Shown here in pieces: positions 39,427 to 49,981 of a stretch of 64,000 bases of DNA (position 1 is its first letter; each line of letters begins with the position of its first letter). A model generated the notes under the pieces. It saw nothing but the letters and a program-made list of their open reading frames with translations. It did not search any database and was not told the DNA's origin. The stretch comes from Candidatus Bathyarchaeia archaeon (GTDB taxonomy: Archaea; Thermoproteota; Bathyarchaeia; Bathyarchaeales; Bathycorpusculaceae): assembly GCA_037481775.1 (NCBI GenBank), contig JBBFKZ010000001.1, forward strand, positions 64,001 to 128,000, read 5' to 3'. The translations under genes were made by a program, and so were the position numbers.

Positions 39427-39680
39427 CACTTTCACAAAAAATAAGCAAAGAAAACGGCAATTTTATAAAAATACAGGCAAATAAACAACAATTTTGGTGT
39501 AATTTCACATGGCCTTCACAAAAATGTGAAGGTAAAAAAAGTAAAGTTAAGAAGAAGGAAACAAAACAGTACATGTTGGGGTGATAATTACTTTTTTGTA
39601 CCAAATAAAATAGTCAAGAGTTTGATTCGTTATACCGAAACAAGTCAATGTATCCATTTAAAATTCATTCGAACACAGTC

Positions 39681-39703
39681 ACCCCTTCATTTCCTTTCGA
39701 AAA
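39681..39703 (-). promoter_or_regulatory. ORB-like element 2 (inverted)
   Basis: Minus strand TTTTCGAAAGGAAATGAAGGGGT. Confidence 0.6.
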
Positions 39704-39860
39704 ATAAATGTAACAAAGTAAGCATAAAAGTCGGAAGAAAAATGTGGAAAAGTTTATCTAAAATTTTCAATCACAATTATTAATATACTAACTTTCATAT
39801 TACCCCGCAGAGTATATTTATTATAATAATAAATCACAAATATTACATAATTATAGAGTA

Positions 39861-39886
39861 TATTTCCAATGGAAATTTTGGGGTGC
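39861..39886 (+). promoter_or_regulatory. ORB element 3
   Basis: TATTTCCAATGGAAATTTTGGGGTGC, an imperfect direct repeat of element 1. Confidence 0.85.
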
Positions 39887-39984
39887 GTGTCTGCCGCATC
39901 TAAGCGAATATAACCTCAAAGTTTCATTAGTTTTTAGGATTATTGAATACTAAAACTATTTTTTTATACTATACACTTTATCTG

Positions 39985-40003
39985 CTCCACTTGAAATAAA
40001 GGT
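39985..40003 (+). promoter_or_regulatory. Mini-ORB in the cdc6 leader
   Basis: CTCCACTTGAAATAAAGGT. Confidence 0.6.
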
Positions 40004-40029
40004 AGTGCCGCTGAAAAGGAGGGGGTAAC

Positions 40030-41262
40030 ATGGGTAATCAAAAGATACTTGACGATGTCTTCGAAAATTTCGTGAATAACACTCAAATCTTCAAGGATCG
40101 TGAGGTCTTAAGGCATGATTATCTTCCTGATAAGCTACCCCATAGAGAAGAGCAAATACGACTTCTCGGAACAATAGTTGCACCTGTTTTGAAAGTCGCA
40201 AGATGTTCTAACATTTTCATTTACGGTAATACTGGGACAGGCAAAACTGCTGTAGCTAAATATGTGTTAAGCCATCTAGAGACCAAAGCAAAGATGTATG
40301 GTGTTCCTGTCAAATTTTCTTATGTGAACTGCCGGATGACTGGTTCTGAATATCGCGTTTTCGCGAGTCTATGTCAAAGCGTTGGTATAAGCGTGCCTTT
40401 CACTGGGTTGTCTGTTGATGAAGTTTTTGATAGGTTTAGAGCAGGTTTAGATGCAGCAAAAACAATTTTTATTGTAGTTTTGGATGAGATAGACGCTTTA
40501 ATTAAAAATCGAGGCGATCAACTGCTCTATGAGTTAACCAGAATAAATGAGACATTAAACAAAAGCAAAGTTTCAATTATTGGAATCTCTAATGATCTTC
40601 GCTTAAAGGAATTTCTTGATCCTCGCGTTTTCAGTTCTCTCAGCGAAGAAGAGTTAGTTTTTAGACCTTATGATGCAAGCGAATTGCGGAATATTCTTCT
40701 TGAACGTTCCAAATTGTCTTTCTATGATGGTGTTCTTTCCGAAGCTGCCTTGAACGTTTGCTCTGCATTAGCTGCTGCTGAACATGGGGATGCAAGACGC
40801 GCTTTAGATTTGTTACGTGTTGCCGGAGAAGTCGCCGAACGCCAGGGGGCAAAAATGATTTTGGATGAGCATGTTAGAGAAGCTGAGCGGCACATTGAAC
40901 ATAATCGTGTTGTGGAAGCTTTGAGGAACTTAACTTTGCATTCAAAACTGGTTCTTTTAAGCGTGTACAGTTTGAATAAGTCCAGCGTTACTACCGGGGA
41001 AATATATGACATCTACAATGAACTTTGTGGGGAGTTAGGAGTAGGACTTCTGACGCAACGCCGCCTAAGCACTTTGATCAATGAGCTTGATGCGATGGGT
41101 ATTTTAAATGCAAAAGTGGTTAGCATGGGGCGGTATGGTCGCACAAAAAAGATCAGGTTGGAGATCTCGCGGACTTTAATTAAAGATGTTTTCGAAAGCG
41201 ACAACCGAATGGGACGCCTCATTGATTATAAACCTAAAAGCTCTCAAAAATATACGCAATGA
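40030..41262 (+). CDS. cdc6: Orc1/Cdc6 replication initiator
   Basis: LPHREEQI, GNTGTGKT, VLDEID, GDARRALDLLR, C-terminal wHTH with GRYGRTK. Confidence 0.97.
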   Translation: MGNQKILDDVFENFVNNTQIFKDREVLRHDYLPDKLPHREEQIRLLGTIVAPVLKVARCSNIFIYGNTGTGKTAVAKYVLSHLETKAKMYGVPVKFSYVNCRMTGSEYRVFASLCQSVGISVPFTGLSVDEVFDRFRAGLDAAKTIFIVVLDEIDALIKNRGDQLLYELTRINETLNKSKVSIIGISNDLRLKEFLDPRVFSSLSEEELVFRPYDASELRNILLERSKLSFYDGVLSEAALNVCSALAAAEHGDARRALDLLRVAGEVAERQGAKMILDEHVREAERHIEHNRVVEALRNLTLHSKLVLLSVYSLNKSSVTTGEIYDIYNELCGELGVGLLTQRRLSTLINELDAMGILNAKVVSMGRYGRTKKIRLEISRTLIKDVFESDNRMGRLIDYKPKSSQKYTQ

Positions 41263-41438
41263 ACTTTTCGCGCAGATCAGTAACTTATTTGGGTTTCCGT
41301 TTATCTCGGTTTACGATTGGCTATCCATTAAGAAATTCGAATTCAAAATTACTGCACTTTTAGATCCTTGTTAATTTTCTAGTTCATTTAACAGTCATAA
41401 TTTTTGGCTGTTACAATTGATCCGCAATTTAGTTTTGA

Positions 41439-42992
41439 TTAAATAAATGAGAGAAGTGTTACTTCCAATGTTTGCAAATTCACTACAGGCACTTTTCCTG
41501 GTGTTGGGTTTAATCCAAGCTTCTGCATGTACTCTGTCTGTTCTTGCCAACAACCGGAGTTCACAATTAATACTCCACGGTGATTACAATGACCAACAAC
41601 GTGGACATGCCCCGCATGAAAGATGTCTGGAACGCGATCTATTACGAGAAAATCTCTGCTTTCTGGTGACAAAAGTGTTTTGCCGCCGTACACGGGTGCT
41701 AAATGGCGACTTTGAAGAAGTAATTTCATGGCTCTTTCAGGATGTTCATGGCTTAAACCAGGCGCTGTGGCTATTATGTCGTCTAAGCTGCGGCCGTGGT
41801 ACATTAAAACCTCCACGTTATGAATGCTAACCCAACAAGGGCTACCGAGAGAATGTACTCTCTTAGAATTTTGCAGAATTTCCAGAAATTCTCCCGAGAT
41901 TGCTGGTTGAGGTAAAGCCTTCCTTGGCGTGTCATGGTTTCCAGGCGAAATAATAACTTCTATGTAGTCTGGGACACGCTCAATTAGTTTTGAGGCAAAC
42001 CTATACTGATTGTACACATCTCTTATCACTAGCTCCTTCATTTGATTGGGGTATATCCCAATTCCGTCGATTATGTCGCCAGCAATTAACAAGTATTTTA
42101 TATGCCCGGCTATTTCCTTCATTTTGTCATTTCCGTATTTACCGTTGAGCCATAGAATGAAGCGTTTAAAGGCGTCGCGATTAAACTTTGCACTGCCCAC
42201 GTGGATGTCTGAAGTAAGCACTGCGTAGACGGGCTCTGACGCCCTGCGTCTAGGTTTCTGGTCTACTTCTGGAAAAATTATGTCTTCAGCCAAAAGAAAT
42301 TTGCTTCTTGTTTTCACTACAGCTAGACATACAACTTGATCTGGAAGTAGCTGCTGGGCTTTTTTGTGTAGTTCCTCGGAAGCATTTCGAGGAACTAAAA
42401 CGGTGGCAAGTGCCTCTAGATCTTCAACTGTCAAAATTATGTTCTGCTTTGCTTCTTTTTTTTCAGTCACCATACCAATTATTTTAAGTTTGGCTTTAAC
42501 TGGAGACTTTAAGGCTTCTGTTATAGGTGTTGCAGCTTTAACGTCAAGCCTTTGCCTTAATAACCGTTCAATTCGTTTAAATCTGTCCTGAAAATATTTG
42601 AGGTAATCTTCAACTGTTCCGTTAGCACTAAGCTTACTTGTAGGGTCCTCTATAATTTTAATGGATGCTTCCACATCCTTTGCATAAGAATAGAAGGGGC
42701 TTCCGCTTTCAGTTAGATGTTGCTGTGGTGGCTCAAATTTTTCGCTCTGAATTTCGCTTTGTTCTTCTTTCGTATTCTCTGTTTGTCTAAACAGCGCTTC
42801 CAAAAGGCTTCTGTCGATGAATAATGGTTTTTCAGGTAATTCTTCTAATCTTTGTAATGCGTTGCTTATTATGATAGTAGGATCATCCATAGCAGAGACA
42901 TAGTGTAAATACTCAAAGGCATCGCTACTTAACTGATACCCTGCTGCAATTGTTGCTTCAACGGCTCTTTGCAGTTTCTCTTGTTCGTTCAT
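41439..42992 (-). CDS. polB: DNA polymerase D small subunit DP1
   Basis: YFQDRF, SDIHVGS, AGDIIDG, PGNHD, YHGRS, HAGHVH; ATG 42992 overlaps the DUF429 stop (ATGA). Confidence 0.95.
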   Translation of the reverse strand: MNEQEKLQRAVEATIAAGYQLSSDAFEYLHYVSAMDDPTIIISNALQRLEELPEKPLFIDRSLLEALFRQTENTKEEQSEIQSEKFEPPQQHLTESGSPFYSYAKDVEASIKIIEDPTSKLSANGTVEDYLKYFQDRFKRIERLLRQRLDVKAATPITEALKSPVKAKLKIIGMVTEKKEAKQNIILTVEDLEALATVLVPRNASEELHKKAQQLLPDQVVCLAVVKTRSKFLLAEDIIFPEVDQKPRRRASEPVYAVLTSDIHVGSAKFNRDAFKRFILWLNGKYGNDKMKEIAGHIKYLLIAGDIIDGIGIYPNQMKELVIRDVYNQYRFASKLIERVPDYIEVIISPGNHDTPRKALPQPAISGEFLEILQNSKRVHSLGSPCWVSIHNVEVLMYHGRSLDDIIATAPGLSHEHPERAMKLLLQSRHLAPVYGGKTLLSPESRDFLVIDRVPDIFHAGHVHVVGHCNHRGVLIVNSGCWQEQTEYMQKLGLNPTPGKVPVVNLQTLEVTLLSFI

Positions 42993-43585
42993 ATAATGCT
43001 TCTCCAATTCCCTTTTTTCGGAACAGTTATGTAGCCTTCCTCATGGTTACCTACCCTTTCCGTTTGCCTCTTCAAATGGAGAACGGCTGTTAGGGCTGCA
43101 GTGGCTGCATCGATTTCATGGGGCGTTAGTGCGCGTGTTTCCAATTCTCCTTCCAATCCAAGAGTTTTAAATATCTCTTGTATTGCCTTCCAGTCTTTTA
43201 ATGGCATTCCCAAGGCTTTTCGGGTTGCGGTCGGATGTACTTCAATCGTTTTATACTTTTTTCCTCCTATTAGTCTATTCAACTTTATTGATCTTAAAGT
43301 GAGTTTCTGCATGGTGGGAAATCTTGGAGAAAATACTCTGTAGCCTTTTCTCAGCATTTCTTTTTCCGCCTTTCTAAAAAAGTTGCCTTTCTTTGGAAGG
43401 TGTAACGGCGCGTCTATGGCGATAAGTGCTGGGCGGCACCTTACTATGTTTTCTAAAATTTCGTTATCTTTGTGGATTAACTTTGTTTCTAACGCCTTTC
43501 CCTTTAGTAGTGCCCACCCTGTAGGGTTTTTGCTCAATGCTGCCAAATCTATGCCAATTACACATATACCATTAAATTCCAACAT
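42989..43585 (-). CDS. DUF429 family predicted RNase H-fold nuclease
   Basis: IGIDLA, IAIDAPL, IEVHP, HEIDA. Confidence 0.85.
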   Translation of the reverse strand: MLEFNGICVIGIDLAALSKNPTGWALLKGKALETKLIHKDNEILENIVRCRPALIAIDAPLHLPKKGNFFRKAEKEMLRKGYRVFSPRFPTMQKLTLRSIKLNRLIGGKKYKTIEVHPTATRKALGMPLKDWKAIQEIFKTLGLEGELETRALTPHEIDAATAALTAVLHLKRQTERVGNHEEGYITVPKKGNWRSII

Positions 43586-43661
43586 TTCCTTTCAAATTTA
43601 TATATGCGTTTTCTTATTTAGATACGTTATCACCAAAACGAGATTTATGAAGGAGATCTAT

Positions 43662-44633
43662 ATGGGAGAATTACGTAAGGTACAATGTACCCGTACTGGT
43701 ACCTTTTTTGTTTGTTTACCTCGTTCATGGGCTGAGCACCATGGTTTGCGAAAAGGCACTTTAGTTGCTCTGAATGAGACGAATGATGGTAAGCTTCTCA
43801 TTGATGCCAAATATGGTGCTGAACCGTTACCAAGAGTTGCGAATTTAAGTGTAGGGCCCTATCTAAGCCGTGAAATAATTAGCCGTTATCTTTTAGGCTT
43901 TGATGTAATTAACATTGAAGCAAAGACGAGTATTGACGTTGAAGTTAGAAATGTTGTTAAGGCGACTGCAAGTTCTCTGATTGGCTTGGAGATAATTGAA
44001 GAGAGTTACTCTCAGTTAGTTCTTCAATGTTTGCTGGAGCCTTCTGGTTTTCCTCCTGAAAAGATCTTGAGGCGAAATTATGCTATAGTGGCAGGGATGA
44101 ATCGTGATGCTACTGCCGCCTTTATCAATGGAGATTTACAGCTTGCCAAAAGCGTTATTGCCCGTGATAATGAGAGCAACAGACTTTATTTCTTGTTAGT
44201 TCGCATTTTACGTACAATCCTTCAAGCGCCAAGTTTAAGCGAGAAGCTCGGGATAACTCCTATTGACTGCTTGGACTATCGCTTAGCCGCAAGCTTAATA
44301 GAATCTATTGGTGACGCATGTGTGCAAATAGCAACGAAAACGATAGAACTAAATACTGCCCGATTCTCTGAAGAACTTCAAAAGTTGTTTGCTGATTTGC
44401 ACGCGCTTTGTTATGCTGCGCAAGAACAAGCCGTAAAAGCGTTCATAAATAAAGATATTGCCTTGGCTGAAAATGTGCGGAACATGAGTGAACAGCTTCA
44501 AAAGTTTTTCGCTGATGTGGAAAAAGTTGCTAAATCTCAACCTGTAGCGGTTATGCCTCAAATCTTAGCTACAGCTTCCTTTTTACGACAGATCTACGAA
44601 CATAGTGTGGACTTAGCAGATCTTGTTGTTTGA
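43662..44633 (+). CDS. phoU: Phosphate uptake regulator (AbrB-PhoU type)
   Basis: RKVQ..TGTFFVCLPRSWA AbrB domain, RDNESNRLYFL, ESIGD; ATG 43662 after AAGGAG. Confidence 0.85.
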   Translation: MGELRKVQCTRTGTFFVCLPRSWAEHHGLRKGTLVALNETNDGKLLIDAKYGAEPLPRVANLSVGPYLSREIISRYLLGFDVINIEAKTSIDVEVRNVVKATASSLIGLEIIEESYSQLVLQCLLEPSGFPPEKILRRNYAIVAGMNRDATAAFINGDLQLAKSVIARDNESNRLYFLLVRILRTILQAPSLSEKLGITPIDCLDYRLAASLIESIGDACVQIATKTIELNTARFSEELQKLFADLHALCYAAQEQAVKAFINKDIALAENVRNMSEQLQKFFADVEKVAKSQPVAVMPQILATASFLRQIYEHSVDLADLVV

Positions 44634-44810
44634 ATTTGTTGTTCGATAGCATGCAGTTGCCTTTTTTATCTTTGTTTTTAAGGGACTTAATGTGACAAAT
44701 TATTAATGGATCTATCGTCGATAAACTGTTAATTAACACTTAGTGCACAAGGATGTTAAAAAGGAGATAAGTGCCGTGTTTAATAGTTATTACTGAAGAG
44801 GTGGCGTATT

Positions 44811-46358
44811 TTGCCTGATGTAGTGTTTGTGTTTGAGGTTCATCAACCGCACAGGTTGAAGCGAGATCTTTTTTGGGAGAACAAAGTTTTCAAGCGTTTA
44901 AAGAAAGAAGAATTATTTGCCTATTATTTTGATACTGATGTGAATCGTAAAATTTTCAAGCGTGCTGCCAAAAAATGTTACTTTCCGTCAAACCAGATTT
45001 TATTAGAGCTAATTGACAAGCACAAGAAGCAAAAGAAGAAGGTTAAGGTTTCTTTCAGTTTGTCAGGTGTTTTTCTGGAGCAATGTGAAATGTTTGATAA
45101 AGATCTTTTGGAAACTTTTCGGCAGCTTGCTGAAACGGGCTGTGTGGAATTTTTAAATCAAACATATTACCATTCTGTTTCCAGCCTTTATCCAGACAAA
45201 AGCGAGTTTATTGAACAGGTTAAATTGCATCAGCAAACAATGCAGAGTTTGCTTGGATGTGTGCCTGTCTTTTTTGAAAACACTGAATTACTTTACAATA
45301 ATGCCATAGCGCACGTTATAGAGGCTTTAGGATATAAGGGAATTTTCATGGAGGGCGTGGAGAAGGTGCTTGGTGAAAAATCACCAAATTACGTTTACGC
45401 CGCAAAGGACTGCAAAAATCTCAGAGTGCTGATGCGTAATTACAAGTTGACAGACGACATAGGCTTCAGGTTCTCGGCTAGATGGTGGAGCGAATGGCCG
45501 CTAACAGCAGACAAATACGCACAGTGGCTGGCTAACACTCAAGGGTATTGCATCAACATTTTCCCTGATTATGAAACTTTTGGAGAACATCACTGGCCTG
45601 AAACAGGCATACACAGTTTTTTACGGCACTTACCTGAAGAAATCCTGAAATGGGAGCATCTGAATATGGCTACTCCCACGGAAGTCGTCAGTAAATATTT
45701 GCCAGTAGGCGAAATTGATGTTCCCGAGGCGAAGGGCACTGTTTCTTGGGCTGATCTCGAGAGGGACTCAAGTGGATGGCTTGGTAATGCTATGCAATGG
45801 GCTTACTACACGAGTTTGAGGCGGCTTGAGCCGCTTGTTAAAGAGGCTGAAGATGAGGAACTTCTAAGATTGTGGCGGTATTTTCAAACAAGTGATCATC
45901 TATATTACATGTATACTGCAGGTGGCGCTCCAGGAGAAGTTCATTCATATTTCAGCCCGTTTCAGTCACCTATGGATGCTTTTGTGGCGGCGCACACTTT
46001 AATATTTGATTTTGAAAACAGGCTTAGACTCGCGACGTTAACGGCAAATGAGCCTTTCTTGTTTTATACGAATGTTGGTGAAGAAAATTACACTGGTGTT
46101 ATGGCATGGACCCTAAAGGGGTTTATAAAAGCGCTTGAGACTGTTGATGTTAAGGCAGTGGAATTCCATAATATGCGAGGAGACTTTAGCAGTTGGGTGC
46201 AGTATTCCTTGCAAGATAACGGTTTGGCTGAGCAACTAAAGGCAATTAGTGTTTCAAAATTGAGGGGGGAAAAACTCCGCAAGGCTCTTATTAGTGTGGT
46301 GCAGAAACGATTCAGAAATTTGAGTCAGCAAGTGCAGGATGCAGTTAAACTCTTTTGA
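44811..46358 (+). CDS. GH57 alpha-amylase-like glycoside hydrolase with extra C-terminal (DUF5752-like) domain
   Basis: FEVHQP, NTELLY, DYETFGEH, SWAD, TSDHLYYM; tail EFH..RGDFSSWV. Confidence 0.9.
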   Translation: MPDVVFVFEVHQPHRLKRDLFWENKVFKRLKKEELFAYYFDTDVNRKIFKRAAKKCYFPSNQILLELIDKHKKQKKKVKVSFSLSGVFLEQCEMFDKDLLETFRQLAETGCVEFLNQTYYHSVSSLYPDKSEFIEQVKLHQQTMQSLLGCVPVFFENTELLYNNAIAHVIEALGYKGIFMEGVEKVLGEKSPNYVYAAKDCKNLRVLMRNYKLTDDIGFRFSARWWSEWPLTADKYAQWLANTQGYCINIFPDYETFGEHHWPETGIHSFLRHLPEEILKWEHLNMATPTEVVSKYLPVGEIDVPEAKGTVSWADLERDSSGWLGNAMQWAYYTSLRRLEPLVKEAEDEELLRLWRYFQTSDHLYYMYTAGGAPGEVHSYFSPFQSPMDAFVAAHTLIFDFENRLRLATLTANEPFLFYTNVGEENYTGVMAWTLKGFIKALETVDVKAVEFHNMRGDFSSWVQYSLQDNGLAEQLKAISVSKLRGEKLRKALISVVQKRFRNLSQQVQDAVKLF

Positions 46359-46429
46359 ATAAACACTACGTGCATGTGTTTATAAGTGAAGCCTTCATTA
46401 TTTATTTGTTAGTTAAAGGTGCATATTGC

Positions 46430-46681
46430 ATGAGAGAGGAGCTTCCGTTTCCAGAAAAGGTTTTGCAGACATTGCACAATTTATGCGCTACTGCGGCGGA
46501 TTTAGCTAGACGAGGCGAAGAAGTAGCGTTTGTTCTGCAACGGGATCAGTTAGAAATTGAAGGTATCCTTGACCAGTACAAGTCTGAGGGTTTTGCTGAA
46601 AGTTTCATTGATAACGAAGGAAAGAAGCGTTATTATCTTAATGCAAGGGGAATAATCAAAGTCTGTTCGCTTTTTACATAG
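46430..46681 (+). CDS. Small hypothetical protein, wHTH-like
   Basis: KVLQTLHNL...IEGILDQYKSEGF...KRYYLNARGIIKV; ATG 46430. Confidence 0.6.
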   Translation: MREELPFPEKVLQTLHNLCATAADLARRGEEVAFVLQRDQLEIEGILDQYKSEGFAESFIDNEGKKRYYLNARGIIKVCSLFT

Positions 46682-46690
46682 TGAACCCTA

Positions 46691-47323
46691 ATGCGCGTTT
46701 TAATTTTCTCGTGGGAGTATCCGCCTAGAGTTGTGGGGCAACTCGCTGAGCATGTGCAGTTATTAGCTGCCCAGCTGGTTAAGAACAAAGTTGATGTGCA
46801 TGTGGTTACTTATCATGATTTTTTAACTGGCGCCGTTGAAGAGCCAGACGGTGTTAAAGTCTTTAGGGTTGCGAACCCGGTGCGCACGCATATTGGCATT
46901 CTAACATGGGTTTTGACTTTAAATCAGGAGGTGGAGCGCGCAGCGGCAAGCATTTATTATCAAGTGAACAAGCAGGTTGACCTTATTGATGTTCATGATT
47001 GGCATTTTATACCGGCAGCAGTGACTTTGAAAAACGCTTTTGATGTGCCGTTTGTTTATTCTGTTGAAAGCTTAGAGGATCATCGTGCGCCGCCAGCGAA
47101 TACGCCTTATAGCATGTCGATAAAGAGTATTGAGTGGTTGGGTTTTTATGAAGCAAAGAAAGTTTGTGTTAAATCAGAGTGGATGCGAGACGAGGTTGTT
47201 AGAATACATGCTGTTCCGAAGGAAAAAATAAGGGTTGTTACACCTAACACGAATTTTTGGTTAAAGGATATTTTGGGGCTATACAAGACGGTGGCTGGAG
47301 GCTGGGCAGCTAGTGAAGCATGA
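46691..47323 (+). CDS. GT4 glycosyltransferase N-terminal domain only
   Basis: SWEYPPRVVG, VHDWH; lacks the C-terminal EPFG..ALEA domain. Confidence 0.75.
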   Translation: MRVLIFSWEYPPRVVGQLAEHVQLLAAQLVKNKVDVHVVTYHDFLTGAVEEPDGVKVFRVANPVRTHIGILTWVLTLNQEVERAAASIYYQVNKQVDLIDVHDWHFIPAAVTLKNAFDVPFVYSVESLEDHRAPPANTPYSMSIKSIEWLGFYEAKKVCVKSEWMRDEVVRIHAVPKEKIRVVTPNTNFWLKDILGLYKTVAGGWAASEA

Positions 47324-48521
47324 ACTTAGCGTTATGATGTTTAGTTGGGAGTTTCCACCGCGTGTTATAGGCGGCATTTCGCCTCATGTGTACTTTTTAT
47401 CTAAAAGCTTAGCTAAAAACGGCGTGAAGGTGTACGTAGTAACCTGCGATTTTCCTGATACGCCTATGCATGAGGTTATTGATGGTGTAGAAGTTTACAG
47501 GGTAGATTCCTACAAAAATCCTGCACCAGATTTTGCCACATGGGTTTACCTGATGAATTTGAACATGCAAACGGAAGCAGCAGCCATTGTGAATAGGGTA
47601 GCGGATAGAATTGATGTTTTTCATGCGCATGACTGGCTGGTTGCTACCTCATGCATTGGGTTGAAGCATGTTTTTAGGAAGCCGCTTTTGGTTACCATGC
47701 ACTCTACCGAGATTGGGCGCAGAGATGGACTTCATACGAATATGGAACGGATGATTCATGAGACCGAAGCTTGGCTCACGTACGAGGCTTGGCGGGTAAT
47801 TTGCTGTAGTAATTATATGGTTTCACATGTCAAATGGGCTTTTGGGCTTCCAGAAGACAAACTGACTATGATTCCTAATGGCGTGAATGCCAGCGTTTAC
47901 GCGGACATTGAAAAAGAGAATTTAAAAGAATTTCGCGCAAAGTTTGCGTTGCCTGAAGAGAAAATTGTGCTTTATGTTGGTAGACTTGTCTATGAAAAGG
48001 GCATACACATACTCGTCAACGCTGCGCCTAAAATTTTGGAGAAAGTTAACGCCAAATTCCTAATAGTTGGCAGTGGATATATGAAAGAACAGCTTCTCAA
48101 CATAGTTAGAAGTATGAGGTTGGAACATAAGGTTCTTTTTTTAGGCTTTATGGACGAAGCCACTTTACTTAGGCTGCAGAAGTGCGCTGACGTTTCTGTT
48201 GTGCCCTCTTTGTTTGAACCGTTTGGTATTGTGGCTTTGGAAGCAATGGCGGCAAAAAGCCCTGTTGTGGTTTCTGACACAGGAGGATTATCAGAGATTG
48301 TTGATCATGATTTTACAGGCGTTAAAGTTTACCCAAATAACCCTGACTCGTTGGCATGGGGCATAACCAAGGTTTTGCTGGATGAAAATTACAGCCGCTA
48401 CATAAGCGAAAACGCCTATAGAAGAGTACGAGAGAAATACGATTGGGACAAGATTGCGCAGCAAACTAAGCAGATGTACCAAACTGTTTTAGGCGAGTAC
48501 TCCAAAAGCTTCTGGGCGTAA
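47313..48521 (+). CDS. GT4 glycosyltransferase (glycogen-synthase-like)
   Basis: SWEFPPRVIGG, HAHDW, VGRLVYEKG, PSLFEPFGIVALEAMA. Confidence 0.9.
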   Translation: MKHELSVMMFSWEFPPRVIGGISPHVYFLSKSLAKNGVKVYVVTCDFPDTPMHEVIDGVEVYRVDSYKNPAPDFATWVYLMNLNMQTEAAAIVNRVADRIDVFHAHDWLVATSCIGLKHVFRKPLLVTMHSTEIGRRDGLHTNMERMIHETEAWLTYEAWRVICCSNYMVSHVKWAFGLPEDKLTMIPNGVNASVYADIEKENLKEFRAKFALPEEKIVLYVGRLVYEKGIHILVNAAPKILEKVNAKFLIVGSGYMKEQLLNIVRSMRLEHKVLFLGFMDEATLLRLQKCADVSVVPSLFEPFGIVALEAMAAKSPVVVSDTGGLSEIVDHDFTGVKVYPNNPDSLAWGITKVLLDENYSRYISENAYRRVREKYDWDKIAQQTKQMYQTVLGEYSKSFWA

Positions 48522-48610
48522 AACGCTCCCTTGCGTTATCTGCTTTATGATTACAAAGACTTAGAGTAAAAGTTAAAACCGATTTAGAATAGCTACTACC
48601 TTGGCTAATT

Positions 48611-49981
48611 TTATTTTCCAATAACTTTAACGTTTTCAATTAGCATCCACGGCGCAATCAACTGCCCCATTTTTCGCTCATTGCTAGCTACGGCGCTCAC
48701 GTTTTTTAGCACTTCGAATATGTTGCCTGCTAGCATCACTCCGCGGCTGCAGTACCCGATTTCGCCTTTCTGGATTTTCCATGCAGGAGTAGCCACTACG
48801 GAGAATTCGCCGCTAACGGGGTTGCTGCTGTGGGCTCCCTGCAAATAATAGATTATTAAGCCATCATCCACTTCCTCTATGAGCTCTTCAGCTGTAGTGC
48901 TGCCGGGCATTATGCGAAAGTTTGTGGCTTCAATAAATTGTGTTGAGAGATATCCTGCGCGTGCGGCGTTTCCCGTGCTTTCCCTGCCCTCTTTCTTGGC
49001 GGCGTAGCTGTCATATAGAAAATTACGTAAGATACCTTTTTCCACAATAGGCGTTTTCTGGCGTGGTGCGCCTTCGCCGTCGAATGTTGCAGTACGTAAT
49101 CCGCCTGGAAATAAGCCGTCATCGTAGATTGTGATGTTTTCCGATGCGACTTTTTCGCCGATTCGGCCTTTGAATGCAGACTGGCCTCGCTGAACATTAT
49201 CTGCTTTTACAGCGTTGATTAGCGTAAAATAAAGGAGTTCCTGTAAAGCGAACTGTGTTAGGATTATTTTGGTGGTTTCTGTTTTTACTCGTTTAGTTTT
49301 TAAGGCAGAAACTGCCAAGCGTGCGGCTTCTTTCCCTACCCATTCAGCATCAATGGCATAGCTACGTTCGGCATTAAACTCAAAGCAAACAGGCGTCACT
49401 CTGTTGCCTTCTTTGGCCACTGTCGCTAAACTACATTCTATTATAGTTCCCTTGTCGAAGCCTTCAACACCGCTTGAGTTAACTATGGCATTTGAGAGGT
49501 AAGCAGCGCCAACTCCGCCTTCAACTGGAAAAACCCTCTTATCAACAGCGCCAGCGGCATCCAGCATTTTGAAGGCAACGCTAACAAGGTCTTCTACGCG
49601 CAGTTCAAGAATTCTATCGTCATATGTTTTTTCAGCTTTACCATAAGTTTTCTTATCAATCAGTCCTTTCCAGTCTGAATCAGGCTTGCTCGCTTTTGCA
49701 GCGCTTAAAGCTCTAAGTACCGTGTCCTCAATTGCTTTCTGCTCTTCTATTACGTTCGTGTATGCAAAACCTACCGCTCTGTTAACTATGACTCGTAAGC
49801 CTAAACCTCTATCAATTATTCTTTGGCTTTTGGTTATTTGGCCGCGTTCTATGCCTACGTTTGTGGTTTGGCCCTCGTAAACGTAGGCTTCAGCTTCCTT
49901 GGCGCCACATCTTAAGGCCATGTCCACGGTTTTTTTAGCCAAATTTAGCATTTGGTCTTTTTCAAGCACTGCCACCAACAA
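48611..49981 (-). CDS. pmbA: PmbA/TldE family protein
   Basis: [20 protein letters not shown]; no HEXXH. Confidence 0.9.
   Translation of the reverse strand: MLVAVLEKDQMLNLAKKTVDMALRCGAKEAEAYVYEGQTTNVGIERGQITKSQRIIDRGLGLRVIVNRAVGFAYTNVIEEQKAIEDTVLRALSAAKASKPDSDWKGLIDKKTYGKAEKTYDDRILELRVEDLVSVAFKMLDAAGAVDKRVFPVEGGVGAAYLSNAIVNSSGVEGFDKGTIIECSLATVAKEGNRVTPVCFEFNAERSYAIDAEWVGKEAARLAVSALKTKRVKTETTKIILTQFALQELLYFTLINAVKADNVQRGQSAFKGRIGEKVASENITIYDDGLFPGGLRTATFDGEGAPRQKTPIVEKGILRNFLYDSYAAKKEGRESTGNAARAGYLSTQFIEATNFRIMPGSTTAEELIEEVDDGLIIYYLQGAHSSNPVSGEFSVVATPAWKIQKGEIGYCSRGVMLAGNIFEVLKNVSAVASNERKMGQLIAPWMLIENVKVIGK

Larger units (their letters stand above)
39219..40029. other. Replication origin (oriC)
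   Basis: About 810-bp AT-rich intergenic region directly upstream of cdc6 with four ORB-like boxes. Confidence 0.85.

Noticed and set aside
39311-39783. 97-aa and 85-aa ORFs within the origin
   Set aside because: Low-complexity translations of AT-rich DNA overlapping ORB boxes
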